64,000 bases of DNA from the human T2T-CHM13v2.0 reference genome, Homo sapiens, in the NCBI RefSeq assembly GCF_009914755.1, contig NC_060935.1; one strand, 5' to 3'. The first letter of the stretch is position 1. Every line of letters begins with the position of its first letter. The position numbers and the translations under genes were made by a program. A model generated the notes under the pieces. It had not been told where the DNA came from, did no database searches, and worked only from the letters and a program-made list of their open reading frames with translations. Below, in pieces: positions 50,761 to 63,734 of the stretch.

Positions 50761-52724
50761 CTTCAAGTGTCCTTCACACACAAGGTCTTTACTTAAGCAT
50801 TGCTCGGTGAATCTCAATAAGCAATGTAGATCCATCCTTCATATATGAAGAGGTTGGCTGACCCCTTAAATCATCTGCTTTGAGAAACTTCTCCTAGATG
50901 CGCAGTTTGAAAGAGAGAAGATAGCCTTAGAAGTGAAGGAAGAACTGGTTTATGGTCCCAAATGTTGGTCTTGAGGCTCAATTTCTCCATTTGTAAATTA
51001 GAGACGTTTAACTAGATTGTCATTAACATATGTTTCAGCTCTGACATTTGTGGTCCCAGAAAGTCCTTTTTCCATTTCTACGTATGTCTCTCTTCTTCCT
51101 TTTTCCCCTAATTCCTCATCTCATTCTTAGGATGACTTCCTAGTTGCATTCCTGCCTCAGAAGTGTCTTCTATGGTGACCTCCAAGTTTCTACATTCTCT
51201 CTTGTCTAAAACCAACCCATCTGCACTTCTGTTGAGGGAAGCAGCTATAAGCTGCTCTTAGTGCCAGGTGGCCAATGATTGTCTGGGAAGTGAACATCCC
51301 ATCCAAAGTGGCTCATCCGTTGGCCAGCCAGTACCCCAAGAGGCTGTCCTTAATGGTGCTCTCCAATGGGAGCAATAATTAGCTAAGTCTGTCACACCTC
51401 CGCTCCACAATGTGGGCTGCAGCACATACACACAATTATCTCCTTGACCTTGGGTTCTGATTGGAGCAGAAAGAAGCAGAGGTGCTGTAAACACAGGACA
51501 TTACAGAGACCAGGAAAGCAGTGGGTCCACAGGGCCATCTTGGTTTGAAGCATAAGCAAATCCAGTTCTGGTCTACACAATCCTTATTAATAAACCTCTG
51601 TTGTCTTAAAATGATTTCTGTTTCTTGCCAATAATAATTTAAGCAACACTCCCTGAAAGGTTTCCTTCCCACTCTTATTTATATCCCTTCATTTGTCTGT
51701 CTGGGGAGGGGCTCAGCTGCTGCTGCATCAGCCAGAAGACAATAAGCATTTGGGGTTGTGAGATGACTTACTGGACATAAGGAAGTTTGTAACACTGAGA
51801 ATGTGCACAGGGGCGTGCACATGCAGAAACATCCCCCCAGCTTTCCCTGCCATCCCTGATATGACACTTCGTGTATACTCAAAACACATTCACAATCTCA
51901 GCTGATCCCAGAGAGGTCTTTAAGTTGGAAGGATGCACTTAATTGTGGAAAGGTACGGCTCTCCTACCAGGCTTCCTGAGAATTGTTTTATAGAAACATT
52001 ATCATTGTGCCCAGGGCTGGCCCCAGGCAACACTGGGAAGTGGGAGAAGTTTGCATTTGGCTCTCCCCGACACCTCTCCAGGCCTGCTCTCTCCTGCAGA
52101 CTGCCAGCTGCGTCCCGACCTGGATCTTCCCACCCCACTGTGTCTCCATTAAAACACCACCCTGCTCTGTCTCCCACCTCCTCGGGGCTCTGCTTTTGGC
52201 TTGAAAAATGCCAGTAGATTTTTCTTAACAGGAATCTTCTGAGTCAGAGCCTTAACCCCAAAGTATTGTCAAGTTGAAAAGGTTACTTTGAGCATTAAGA
52301 ATCCTGTCTGTTTAAAGAAGGCAACAAATACACAAAGCTAGCCCCAGACCTGCCCTCTGGTTACAGTCTGGAACCTGAAGCCAAGTCTGGCGGGCCCCGT
52401 GCTCCTTTATTGCTTTTTCTGCTTCCGTCTCCCAGGTCCTCTGCTGCCCATTTCCTGTGTAAAGCTCTGCCTGTCCTGCTGGCCCCAATTCTCAGTGCTA
52501 CAGTCCAGCCCATGACCATCCTCCCCCATTCCTCCCTCCAGCCAGGTCACCTCCCTGAAGCAGCCACGCTATAAACTACACCCCATGGGGAGGTCCCCCT
52601 TATGGGGCTCCAACCAGGTCCTCCCACAGTATCCAGTCAGAAGTGGCTCTAAGGCCGTAATCCTAGATCTTCAAGCAAGCTCCTGGCAAAGCCTCTACAT
52701 CTTATCATCCTGAGAATAGAGCAT

Positions 52725-52860
52725 ATTGATGCCTCAGTCTCCTTACCTGTGAAATAGGAACATGAGCTACTTCATAAAGTTCTTATGAGGTTACTGTTAA
52801 GCACGTGATGCATGTAAAAGACATGGACAGTGCCTGGTATGTAGAATGTGCTCTGAGTCT
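52725..52860 (+). mobile_element. MIR SINE
   Basis: tgcctcagtctccttacctgtgaaatagg...catgtaaaag...acagtgcctggtatgtag. Confidence 0.8.
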
Positions 52861-53609
52861 TGGCCAGTAGTCCTAGGAGTCATATTATTCACCATGATAT
52901 TAGTACATGTGTAAGAGGGCCTGGCCCTGCAAGTGAATTGTGGCAGGGGCTGCCTAGGCCAGGTGGGGGCAGCAGAGAGCTATCTGAGGGTCAACTGGGA
53001 CCAGTGGGACCACCTGGGAGTCCTAAGTGGAGGGCTGGATGCAAGGCAGGTCACCAGGAAGAGCATGGCCACATAAGAAGGAGTGTTGAGAAGAGTCTAT
53101 TCTAACAGGCTCCCTTCTAACCTCCCTGCCTCCTATCTTGACCTCCCCCAACCTCCTGTTTACACTTTCCTTGAGTGATCTTTCTCAGTTGCTATTCCAG
53201 TTTAGTCACTCCCTTGAGGAAAACACTGGGTGACTCCTTTGCCCATGGGGAAAAGACTAATATCCTTAAGCTGATATCCAAGGCCCTCTAAGAAAACTAA
53301 CCACCGCCTCCCTACACCCTACCTTAGTTGCCTCCATGCTTCACCTTCCTCCATTCCCAAACATACCTCCAGTTTTCTTGTCTTTACTAAAGATATTTTC
53401 ATGCATGTCAAAATCTTATTCTGCTTTCCACATTTAGCTCAGATGCTCTTTATCATGAAGTCTTCCTGGTTTATGCCAGTACCTAATTAAAAAACATCTC
53501 TCTTTGGCTCTCACTAAGTCCTTCACATCTGATTTTCTAGTGATATCTGTTACTGTCAATATTATTCCAGAATAATAAATTATTACATCTCTCTCCCTGG
53601 TGCAAAGAG

Positions 53610-53822
53610 CTCTCATAATCTGTCTTCTCTTCTGCAAAATGGGGTTAATGATAGCTTCCTTGTAGGGTGTTGAAGAATACAGGGAGATAATGCATATGAA
53701 GTACCCAGAACTGGGTCTGGCACATGGGAAGTGCCCAGAAAATGTTATAGAGGTTTCATCACTGTCACAATCATGATATCATCAACATTGTCAATGTCAT
53801 CATTATCATTATCGTTATCATT
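53610..53822 (+). mobile_element. MIR SINE with (ATC)-rich tail
   Basis: tctgcaaaatggggttaatgatag...gagataatgcatatgaagtacc...tctggcacatggg. Confidence 0.8.
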
Positions 53823-54789
53823 AGAGGAATTCCGCCTCACGGTGGCCAAGAATTTGCAGGCTTATGTCCTTAGCCTGTCCCTAACATAGATTCTAATTTA
53901 CAAAGAAAAAAAAATACTAAAGATTGCTTGTCCAGGGCAGAAATAGCAAATTTGGATCACAGGGATGAAGTGAGGCTTCCTGGAGCCACACAGCCACAGA
54001 GAAGCAGGATGATCTCCTGCTGAGGCAAAGTGAGAGCAGGTAAAAGAACAAACTAGCACAGTGACAAGAGAAGAAACTTTTTTGTTGTTGTTTAGAAAGA
54101 TAGTGATGTTTTCAATAAAAATTTCAACCCAGAAATTAAAATTTAAACAATGTAAGTGCCTCCGAGAATCTCACAGCAGCGAGCAGTCCCTTAATGGTAC
54201 TATGCACAGCCTTTATTTTTTAATGTAGAGAAGGAAAGGATTTGTCATTAAAGTTTAAAAATAATCAGAATCAAAATCCCTTTTGTTCCTGTGGGCTGGC
54301 AGAGCTGAGGGGCTGATTGTGTGTGCTGAGTGGGTGTCCAGGAAACAGTAGTCATTTGTGTGCGTGTGACAGGAGTGGAGTCCAAATCTAAATTTAAGCA
54401 AGTGTTGGCCTTCTTGGAACCCATAATTTTTGGATCAATTATCCCGGACTAAGTGTCTGAGTTTCTTGCTCTCTTTCTTTCTCTCTCTCTGCTGCATTTA
54501 ATAATTACAACACTTGAGCCAATAATTTGCCGACCAGCTGCGGTGGCCTAACTGTCTGGTTCACTCATAATTTCTGGAACTTGATACAATCATGGCCTTT
54601 GAGCCAATTAGGGTAATATTTGGTGTGTTGGAAGTCTGTTCCTCACCCTCCCACCATCTCGCCAATGTGAGAAACAAACACCCCGTGTCTATCCTACAAG
54701 AGAAATTACGTGTTCTCAGATCTTACCCAGCCCTTGGACCCATGGATTTTGTCTGTCCCACTCCTTCCCGCAGTTTGAAAAAGAAAGGC

Positions 54790-55265
54790 AGACTGGTGGC
54801 CTGAAAAGAACCTGGTTTGAGAATCAGAAAGCCTAACCCTGCCACTAAATGAGCTATGTGGCTTTGGCTTAGTAGTCTACCCTCTCTGAGTATCCGTTTT
54901 CTGTTCATAAATGTAGCAATAGTGATTCAGGGCAGAGGGGCTGGAGTCAGCTACTTGAATTCAAAGCCTGCCACTATCACTTTTTAGCTTTGCAACATTG
55001 GGCAAATTACTCCATCTCTCTGGACCTTAATTTTCTTATCAGGGACCATTATTAATTTCTTAATAATGAAGATAATTATAATATTAACTATATCATGTAG
55101 TTTGTGAGGATTTGATGAGTTAATACAAACAGAACCAAACACACACATACTTCTAGAGTTTAAACTCCATACAGGCATGGATTTTGTCTGTTTTGTTTAC
55201 TGCTATCTCCCCAGGACCTAGAAAAATATCAATAATTTTCCTTAGATAAATGTATGAATAAATGA
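54790..55265 (+). mobile_element. two MIR fragments and an L2 3' end
   Basis: ctgccactaaatgagctatgtgg; ctggagtcagctacttgaattcaaa...ttgtgaggatttgatgagttaata; ttttgtctgttttgtttactgctatctccccagg. Confidence 0.8.
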
Positions 55266-55871
55266 GGAGACTGGTTTATATTTATTTGTTCACTATTCAC
55301 TTCCAGCTTATTTCCAAAAATAATTTTTCATGGTTCACAATAAAATCATGTTTACCACAAAGCTATCACAATGAAACTAGAACATCAAAGCCCAAAATAA
55401 GGAAGTAGCAAGCAAAGGTCAGATGTCCTTTCACTCAGAGCTTCCTGGCTACTCAAACACAATTAAGCAGCCTCTGAGAATCCTTCCAACTCTAACATTC
55501 CTGGAGTCTGAGTTTTGGAGTCAGAACCAATATTTCTAACTTTCAGTGTGACCTTTGACAATGCCCCAATTCTGTGTCAGTCGATCATTTTTTCATCTGT
55601 AAAAGGGGGAGACATAACCAAAGAAGCTAAGACCCATTCTTGAAATCTAGCCTTTCTTTTTAGCAAATGGCCACAGGGATGTAAAGATAAAAGAGAGATG
55701 ATTTGTACCATCAAGGAGCTTACAATTCTCCAGGAGACACAAGGTACATAGATGCATAACTCTCTAATTCAAGCTAGGAAATAGTACTTAACTAAGAGTG
55801 TTAGCAAAGGCTAAAAGAATGGTGAAGAAAGAAACATATTTCCACTTAGGAGGATTTCATAATAGCTTTAT

Positions 55872-56154
55872 TTTTTATTTATTATTTTTTTGAGACAGAG
55901 TCTCACTCTGTCACCCAGGCCGGAGTGCTGTGGTGCGATCTTGGCTCACTGCAGCCTCAGCCTTGGGCTCAAGCCTCCCGAGTAGCTGGGACTTCAGGCA
56001 TGCACCATCATGCCTGGCTAATTTTTGTATTTTTTGTAGAGACAGGGTTTCACTATGTTGCCCAGGCTGGTCTCAAACTCTTGAACTCAAGCAATCTACT
56101 TGCCTCGGCCTCCCAAAGTGCTGAGATTACAGGCATGTGCCACCATGCCCAGCC
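55872..56154 (-). mobile_element. AluJb-like with internal deletion
   Basis: Alu dimer in reverse; TSD core taatagctttat at 55860-55871 and 56165-56176; source of ORFs 55925 and 55930. Confidence 0.95.
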
Positions 56155-57319
56155 TTGATAATATTAATAGCTTTATAGGATAGTTACAGTTTGCAATGGT
56201 TCATAAAGAATATTAACAGATATTCATAAGAAAAGGATTCCTAAAAAATAAAAAGAAGATTAGGAAAGGTAGGGATAGGGAGGTATAAAATTGTACCCTA
56301 TCCAATAAAGCTAACATGTTGGGCAGAGATAGGGGTGGCAGGTGTGTGTGCTGACACCCGCCTCCCCTTTGCCTATAGCAGACCTCACTAATCAATCCAA
56401 GAGCTTTATCCTGCTAAGTTAGGATGTGGCCTCAGAATTCCTCTCAACACAGTGTTCCAGGCAGCCACTCCCAAGTGCTCAGAGTTGGTACATAGAATGA
56501 AACTTACTTGCTCTCTGGATTTAAGGTTTATATATGTCAGTCAATAGTGGAAAATAAGCCTAAACCAAATGCAGAGGGCCTTGCAAGTCAAAATGTCAAG
56601 TTCAAGTATATGAATAGTCAAAACATGTGCTTGTTCCTTCACATTCAGCTGCTCCTTACATTGGTATGATAACCATGGAGCCTATTTGCAACAGACATTA
56701 TTGTAATATATATACACGGAGCCTGCAGGAACTGAACCCATTCCTGCTGAGGATTTCTGTGAATTCATCTGGAGCATAATCCACCTCCCAGGCTGCACAG
56801 TGCCTGGCTTGTGCTTAAACAAGGCATGCACTGTAACACTGTTCTCACATCACGCTGCGGGAAGAAAAACAGTGTTGGGGACCTATGCCAAAGTTTTCAA
56901 AAGGGCTGCCCTAAAACGTAAATGTGGCCTCTGTAGGTTCTTAGAGCAATGCTAGCTATCATCTCTGTGGTACCAGGGCCGGCACAATTATTCTATTACT
57001 ATTCAATTGCTGCTCTTAATGAATGCATCCCTGTGATGGTTCCATTTAACCTTACTCCAGGAAAAGGAAAATCTATCTAAAGAAACGGGAAATAGAATTC
57101 CATGAGCTCATGTCTAGTGGGGAAAGCAAAAGGCATCTGAGGGCTGATGGGAAGTGAATCATATTGTTCCTCGGCTTCAAGTGTAACCCTATCCTCCTGC
57201 CTTCTTTCTGCGGACCTCCATTCTCAGCCCCATGGTGTGAGGACGTTCTGGCAGCAGGAAGTCAAGGGAACCCAGGCCATGGAGTGGCCAAGACTTCTGC
57301 TTCAGGTCCATGTGTCCTT

Positions 57320-57352
57320 GAGTGAGTTACTCTTTATATCAGCATCTGGTTA
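57320..57352 (+). repeat. 33-bp exact dispersed repeat, copy 1
   Basis: gagtgagttactctttatatcagcatctggtta, identical to 58189-58221. Confidence 0.95.
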
Positions 57353-57879
57353 TAACCCATATCCCTACAAAATGGTTTCCAGGTGGCTCGCCTAAACATT
57401 TTTAACATCATAGAAATAAATCAGATTAAAATAAAAGATGTACATGTATTAAGAAGACCAGATGAAGGAAGTATAAAAGCCAGGATTATAAAATAAAACC
57501 TGCAGTAAGGCAGACCATTCCATATTCCTGAGCCTCAGTTTCCACATTATAAAATAAAGGAGTAATAATAGCTTATTTGTAACATCATTAGGAGGACAAA
57601 TTGAAATATTCAAAAAACAGGAAAAATGGATTATAATGGAAGAACTACTGAACAGGTTGTCAAGAGACTAGTGCAGCTCTGCTTGTGAACTGGGTGCTCC
57701 CTGAATCAGCCTCTCTCAGCTTTAAGAGTTTCTAATTCTATGAAGTGGGGTGCCTGAGAGGAGTGAGGGAGCAGGAAAAGAAGCAGGAAGCGATGAGGAG
57801 AAATGAGATGACGCCTTCAACTCATCAACTAAAGGATTATTGTTAATTGTATCTTTGGAATATTTTTCTCATGACTGTA

Positions 57880-58270
57880 TCAGGAACAATGATTGATTTA
57901 CAAATATCATTTGATCACCTCTTCTGTGCCTGGTCCAGGAAAGAAACATCCAGGTGGATGCCCTCGTTTCTGGTAGGCCATGCCCAGTAAGGGGAGGTGG
58001 GAAGGGACAGCCCACATGACTATAATGCAAAGCTTCCTGAGCCCAAAGGAAGGTATGGATAGAAGGTTACAGGTGAAGGGGAAGAGAGGGAGCCTGTCCT
58101 CCAGATAAAGGAAGATTTCCTGGAAGAAGCTATTGAGTCTGCCCCTGAGAAGCTTTCTACAATGAGGTGTTAGGGGAGGAGGGTGGAAGAGTGAGTTACT
58201 CTTTATATCAGCATCTGGTTACATCAGACAAACTGAAGTGGGAAGACTGAAAATCACATGGGACTTGAGA
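57880..58270 (-). mobile_element. L2 fragment (contains copy 2 of the 33-bp repeat)
   Basis: caaatatcatttgatcacctcttctgtgcctgg...tataatgcaa...aaggaagatttcctggaagaag. Confidence 0.65.
58189..58221 (+). repeat. 33-bp exact dispersed repeat, copy 2
   Basis: identical to 57320-57352, 869 bp downstream, same orientation. Confidence 0.95.
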
Positions 58271-58339
58271 GAAGGGGAGACATTTATTGAGCTTTCATGG
58301 GCTTTTCATCAATTTCCCTCTTTTATGAGCAGCACCTAA

Positions 58340-59095
58340 ATTCACCCTTGGGTAGTTGCTATTCCCCAACTGTCAGTCGACCCAGTTTGGATTAGCCTGA
58401 TCCTACCCCATCTAGCTCCAAGGAAAACATATGGTCCTAGCCCAGCCAATGAAGATATTTTATTTCCTTTGCCACAGCAATTGGTTTCAAGATGAGCATG
58501 TGTCTCAAGTCTATCCAATGAGATGCACATTGAGACTTTCCCTGGATACACAGCAGAAGAGAAGCTCCTTCTACTGGACTTGCTGAGCTGATGGAATGTT
58601 AGCCAGGAGCTGTTAGTGTTAGTGGAAGTCTTGTCATAAAATGAACCACCCTGAGAATGGCAACATAAAAATAATTCTGAGATATAAAACAAGGTGAATT
58701 CTCAACATCATTTGAGCACCTAGATCCAGCCATATCTGAAGGCAATATCTCCTGGCACATTTTAGCTTTTGTTGTCAATAAATTTGCCTTTTACGTAAGA
58801 ATGATACAATGGACTTTGGAGACTTGCGGGGAAGAGTGGGAGGGGGAGGCAAGAGATAAAAGACTACAAATATGGTGCAGTGTATACCGCTCGAGTTTGG
58901 GGTGCACCAAAATCTCACAAATCATCACTAAAGAACTTGCTCGTGTAACCAAATACCACCTGTACCCCAATAACCTATGGAAAATTTAAAAAAAAAACAA
59001 CATCTAAAAAAAATTAAATTTATTTGCCTTTTATTCTTAAGCTAATTTGAGTTCCGTATTTATCACTCACATCTCAAAGAATCCTGTATAATATA
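58340..59095 (+). mobile_element. MLT1K-class LTR split by L1PB1
   Basis: ccacagcaattggtttcaagatgagcatgtg...catcatttgagcacctagatccagcca...caataaatt [L1] cttaagctaatttgagtt...aaagaatcctg. Confidence 0.8.
58794..59021 (+). mobile_element. L1PB1-like 3' end (5'-truncated)
   Basis: taagaatgatacaatggactttgg...gataaaagactacaaat...caccaaaatctcacaaatc...aacctatggaaa plus A tail; TSD atttgcctttta at 58782-58793 and 59022-59033. Confidence 0.92.
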
Positions 59096-59924
59096 AGGGC
59101 CCTGATCCAGATGAGCTGTGGACTTTACCCATGGCTGACAGCCCAAGCACTGTGGCCACCGAGAGAATGGTCTCAGAAGAAGCCTTAGCAGTCAATGACC
59201 AAGGAAGCCTAACCTGGGAGAACAAGGTGAAGGGTAAATCTGAGAGCAGAGTATAAGATTCATTAGACAGAAATGCCAATTTATTGCAGTTGAAGAAACA
59301 TTTCTCTATCAATGGGAGAGAAGATGAGTTGGAGGAAAGACAAGGAAAGTAAAGGCTTTCCCTCAAAGGCCCTCCTGTCAGGTCCTAAAAGCAGCTTCTC
59401 CCAGTGTGTCTGGGGAGTAACAGGTCTTTCACTCACTTCGCTATGGTAACAGTGGCCATGCAGTGCAATGAAGAGCATAGACTTCAGAATCAAACCCTCT
59501 TGGTTTTGAATCCCAACCCTGGTTGATAACTTCCACTTTTTGCTAACTCAGTGACCTTAATGGTTAAAGCTTAAACTTGATAAAGCCACTTAAATTAGTG
59601 ACTTCATTTCTCTGAGCCTCAGCTGCTTCTTCAATAAATGTGAATAGCCATCATTATCTCTCACTTGACCATAGCAAGAGCCCCTTGATTGGTCTCAACT
59701 AATTATCCACCATGCAACCAAACTGACCATTTTAAAAGCAAATCAAGTTATGTCGTTCACTCCCCTTAAAACGTTTCTGTGACTTCAGTCATCATTCAGA
59801 TGATGATCCAAATTCATATAATAGACTTCAAATCTCTGCGCCATCTAAAATCAAATCTCACTTGCTGTTCTAGTCTCCTAGATTCTCTTTTCCTTGCTCC
59901 TCTCAGTTTATTGACAAAGAGTTA

Positions 59925-60170
59925 ATAATATTAAAAACTAACATTTATTGAGCACATACAACATGCCAGCATTGTTCTAAGTATTTTACTTGAAATAATC
60001 CTTATGACGCTCATATAAGGTAGGTGCTATTATTATCCCCACTTTATAGATGGAAAAATTGAGGTGCAGAAAATTGCTCAAAGTCATACAGCAAAGAAGC
60101 ACTTCAGCCAGGTTGCAAATCTAGGTGTTGGCACCCAGAGCCTGCATGTTTAATCACTATATTATGCTGA
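59925..60170 (-). mobile_element. MIR SINE, near full length
   Basis: ctaacatttattgagcac...aggtaggtgctattattatccccactttatagatggaaaaattgagg. Confidence 0.9.
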
Positions 60171-60211
60171 TTCTCTACAGGCATCCCGCAAGCATTTTCC
60201 CACTTTGTGGC

Positions 60212-60679
60212 TGTGGTAGACTGAATAATGGCCCCCAAAGATATTCACATCCTAATCTCTAGAAGCTGTGACTGCTACATTATATGGCAAAGGGACTTTG
60301 CAGATGAGATAAAGTTAAAGATCTTGAGATGAAGAGATTTTCCTGAATTACTCAGCTGAGTCTTAAATGTAATCACAAGTGTCTTTATGAGAGGGAGATT
60401 GGGCTACAGAAGGGCAACAGGTAACATGACCATGGAAACAGAAATTGGAGTGATGAGACCATAAGCCTAAGAGTGTCAGCAGGTAGCAGAAGATGGAAGA
60501 AGCAAGGAACAGATTCTCTTCCGGAGCCTCCAGGAGGATCCATCCCTGCAATGGTTTCACTTCAGCCCAGTGAAATTGATTTTCAACTTCCAATGTCCAG
60601 AGCTTGTAAGATAATAAATTTGTATTTTAAGTCACACGTTTGTGGTAATTGGATACAGCAGCAACAGTAAACTGACACA
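60212..60679 (+). mobile_element. MLT1D solo LTR
   Basis: tgtggtagactgaataatggcccccaaagatattcacatcctaatc...ggcaaagggactttgcagatg...tacagcagcaacagtaaactgacaca. Confidence 0.92.
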
Positions 60680-60689
60680 AAGGCATTAG

Positions 60690-61160
<471 letters not shown>

Positions 61161-62437
61161 CAGACTTCTCCTTCTTAATACTAACAACATTGCAATTCAC
61201 TGTCAATGACTGTTGCTCATGCAACCAGATCCAAGGGACAGGGTACAGTATGTGTCTGTCTTGCTTTTCACTGTAACCCAAGCATCTAGCCCAGAGCCTG
61301 GAGTATTATTGTTCTCAAATATTTGTGGAAATGAATAAATAAATATAATTTCTCATAGGACTGTTGAATTCTTTCAAAAGATCACAAATGTAAAGAACTT
61401 GGTATAGGGCCTAGCATATAATAAGTTACCAGAAAAGTAGAGCTCCATGTGAGTTCTGGGTCTATCTGTGTGTCTCCTGTGTCTTTGGAACAGAAGCTCA
61501 GACATGAAGGTCCTGATCTTGGGCATGTCCCAGGCAGAGTGCTCTGTGATGTCTCCTTTTCCCTAATCTCCAAATACTGCTCCTCTTTCTTACAATTCTG
61601 GTAGTCACACAGGTTTAATGGCCACTCTGGGCATATTTTAGAAAGGAAAGGATCAGGGCAGTCCTAGAACACCATGAGATATGAAGATATCTGCAAGACT
61701 GCCTCCTGCTTTAAGACTACGGCAAGCCCTTTCGGCCAATCTGCAGTGCAGTTGGAGTAGGTTATTCCAGCTGTTTCCTGGCTATGCAGTGTGTGTATGA
61801 GCCTCCAGCTGGGCCAGGGACCAACTTTCCAGGCCCAGATGAATTCTCATCATTGCCCAGGGATCCTTTAGCTTGAGTTTGGTTCTCAAGCCAAGGCTCT
61901 GACAGCTTTATTAGCACCTATAATTCAATGTAAGCGTCGATGTGTTGGGAAACACTTTGAGGCTATCTTTTAAAGTCAACTTAATTCCCTCTCAAATGCC
62001 TCTTTGTTTGCCAAAGTGCCAGCCAGAAGACTTCCAGGTAGGCAGGGAGATGAGCTCCAGACAGGGGATCAGCGGGACGTGTCTGCTGGGCGCCCAAGTC
62101 ATTTTGCTGGTAGCTAATGTCATTTCCAGTTAGTGGGCTCCTGGAAGAGGTGCCTGCAGATGCTCAGATGACATCATTGGGGACCAGCCTGTCACCAGGG
62201 GAGATAACAAATGGAGCCCAGCTCTGAGTTCCTGCTGCCCCAGGAAGTCACAATTCATTTCTTGGCCTTGCTATAGGCCTGGAGAGTAGACACCCTGTGT
62301 TTCCACCCTGGCCAAGTCCCAGAGAACCAGTATGCACCCTCCTGCTGGCTGCTTTTCCACAACAAAACCAAGTGGGACATTCTGAGTTTACCCAAAACTG
62401 TTTGGCAACTGTAATCATAGAAACTGGACAAGCTCGA

Positions 62438-63615
62438 TGTAGTATACACTATTGGTCATCTGCTGACACCCACTTACCGTTCCTCCTGGGCTAATAGAAC
62501 CCAATTTTTTTTCACATATGCACTCTCCTCCAGAAGGGATTGGCCTATTCGCATCCTCAAGGGATAAATTGTCATTGTTCTAAGCCATTCATTCATTCAT
62601 TCATTCATTCAACAAACACAATTGAGCACCTATTTTGTAGTGGACATTGTTTAGGCACTAAAGATAAAGTCATTAAAAAAAGTCTTTGTCTTCATGAAGC
62701 CTTAATAAACACACAGTTATATATTATATAATAACTTTGCAATGTCAGACCAAACAATAAATGTTATGAAGAGAAATAATGCCAGGTAAAGGTATAGAGA
62801 AAAATAGGCTTGCTGTTTTAGATAAGGGGATGAGGGGAGGTGATATTTGAGCTAAGACATGAATGAAGGGAGGGCACCAGCCTGTGACTCTGCAGGGGAA
62901 AAATGTTCCAGTCAAGGGCAACAGCAGGTGCAAAGGCCTCAGGGTAAGAATAAACCTGCACGTTGAGGAGCAGCCAGAAAGCCAATGTGGCTGGAATGTT
63001 ACAAACAGAGGCTGGGTCATAGAAATGGCTTTGGATTTTGCTCTAAATGATGGGAAATCACTGGGGGCTCTTCCACAATTTGTAATTTCAGAAGATTCCC
63101 ATGGTCACTGTGCAGAAAGCAGACTAAGGCAAGGCAAGAACAGAAGCAGGTGACCAGGCTACGTGGAGTACCAGGTGGTAGCTGGAGAAGTAGTGATAAC
63201 TGATTGGAATTGGGAACGATTTTGAAGTTTGAAGCAAAAGGATCTGCTGATGAATTTGGTGGCTAGAGTGAGAAACAAAAGAGTGAAGGATAACATCAAA
63301 GTTTTGAGATAGCACTACCAAGTAAATACAAGTGCTGTTAACTGAGATAAAGAGCACTGCAGGAGGAGCACTTCTGGCTGGGATGGGATCTAGGGCTGGG
63401 ACTGATGGGTACTCAGTTTGAGGTGCCTGATAGACATGCAGTTGGAGATGTTAGATAGGCAGCAGTGGGAGAAAGGAGTGTGAAGATTGGGAGAGAGGTA
63501 AGTCCCATGCCTCCACCAATGAATGGCTTAGGCTTCAGTATGGGGGGGCAATTCTAGCCAAAGGGATATGGCTGTAGGAGGCCTCTGGGTAAGATGTCCT
63601 CATTTCTAATGAGGA
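62438..63615 (+). mobile_element. MLT1K/L-class LTR fragment split by an L2
   Basis: tgtagtatacactattgg...gctaatagaacccaatttt...ctaagccattc (62438-62590) continues as ggtaagtcccatgcc...aattctagccaa...ctctgggtaagat (63497-63615). Confidence 0.55.
62587..63497 (-). mobile_element. L2a-like 3' ~0.9 kb with (ATTC)6 tail
   Basis: attcattcattcaacaaacacaattgagcaccta...aggtgatatttgagctaagacatgaatga...ggcaacagcaggtgcaaaggcc...tttgaggtgcctgatagacat. Confidence 0.9.
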
Positions 63616-63637
63616 TTTAAGATTGCTTGGATGTTTA

Positions 63638-63688
63638 GATGGATGGATGGATGAATGGATGGATGGATGGATGGACGGATGGATGGAT
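63638..63688. repeat. (GGAT)n microsatellite
   Basis: about 12 gatg units with two variant units. Confidence 0.95.
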
Positions 63689-63734
63689 CTCTAAGTATCC
63701 ATTTATTTCCAGTGGTCATTCAAATCTTAAAGGT

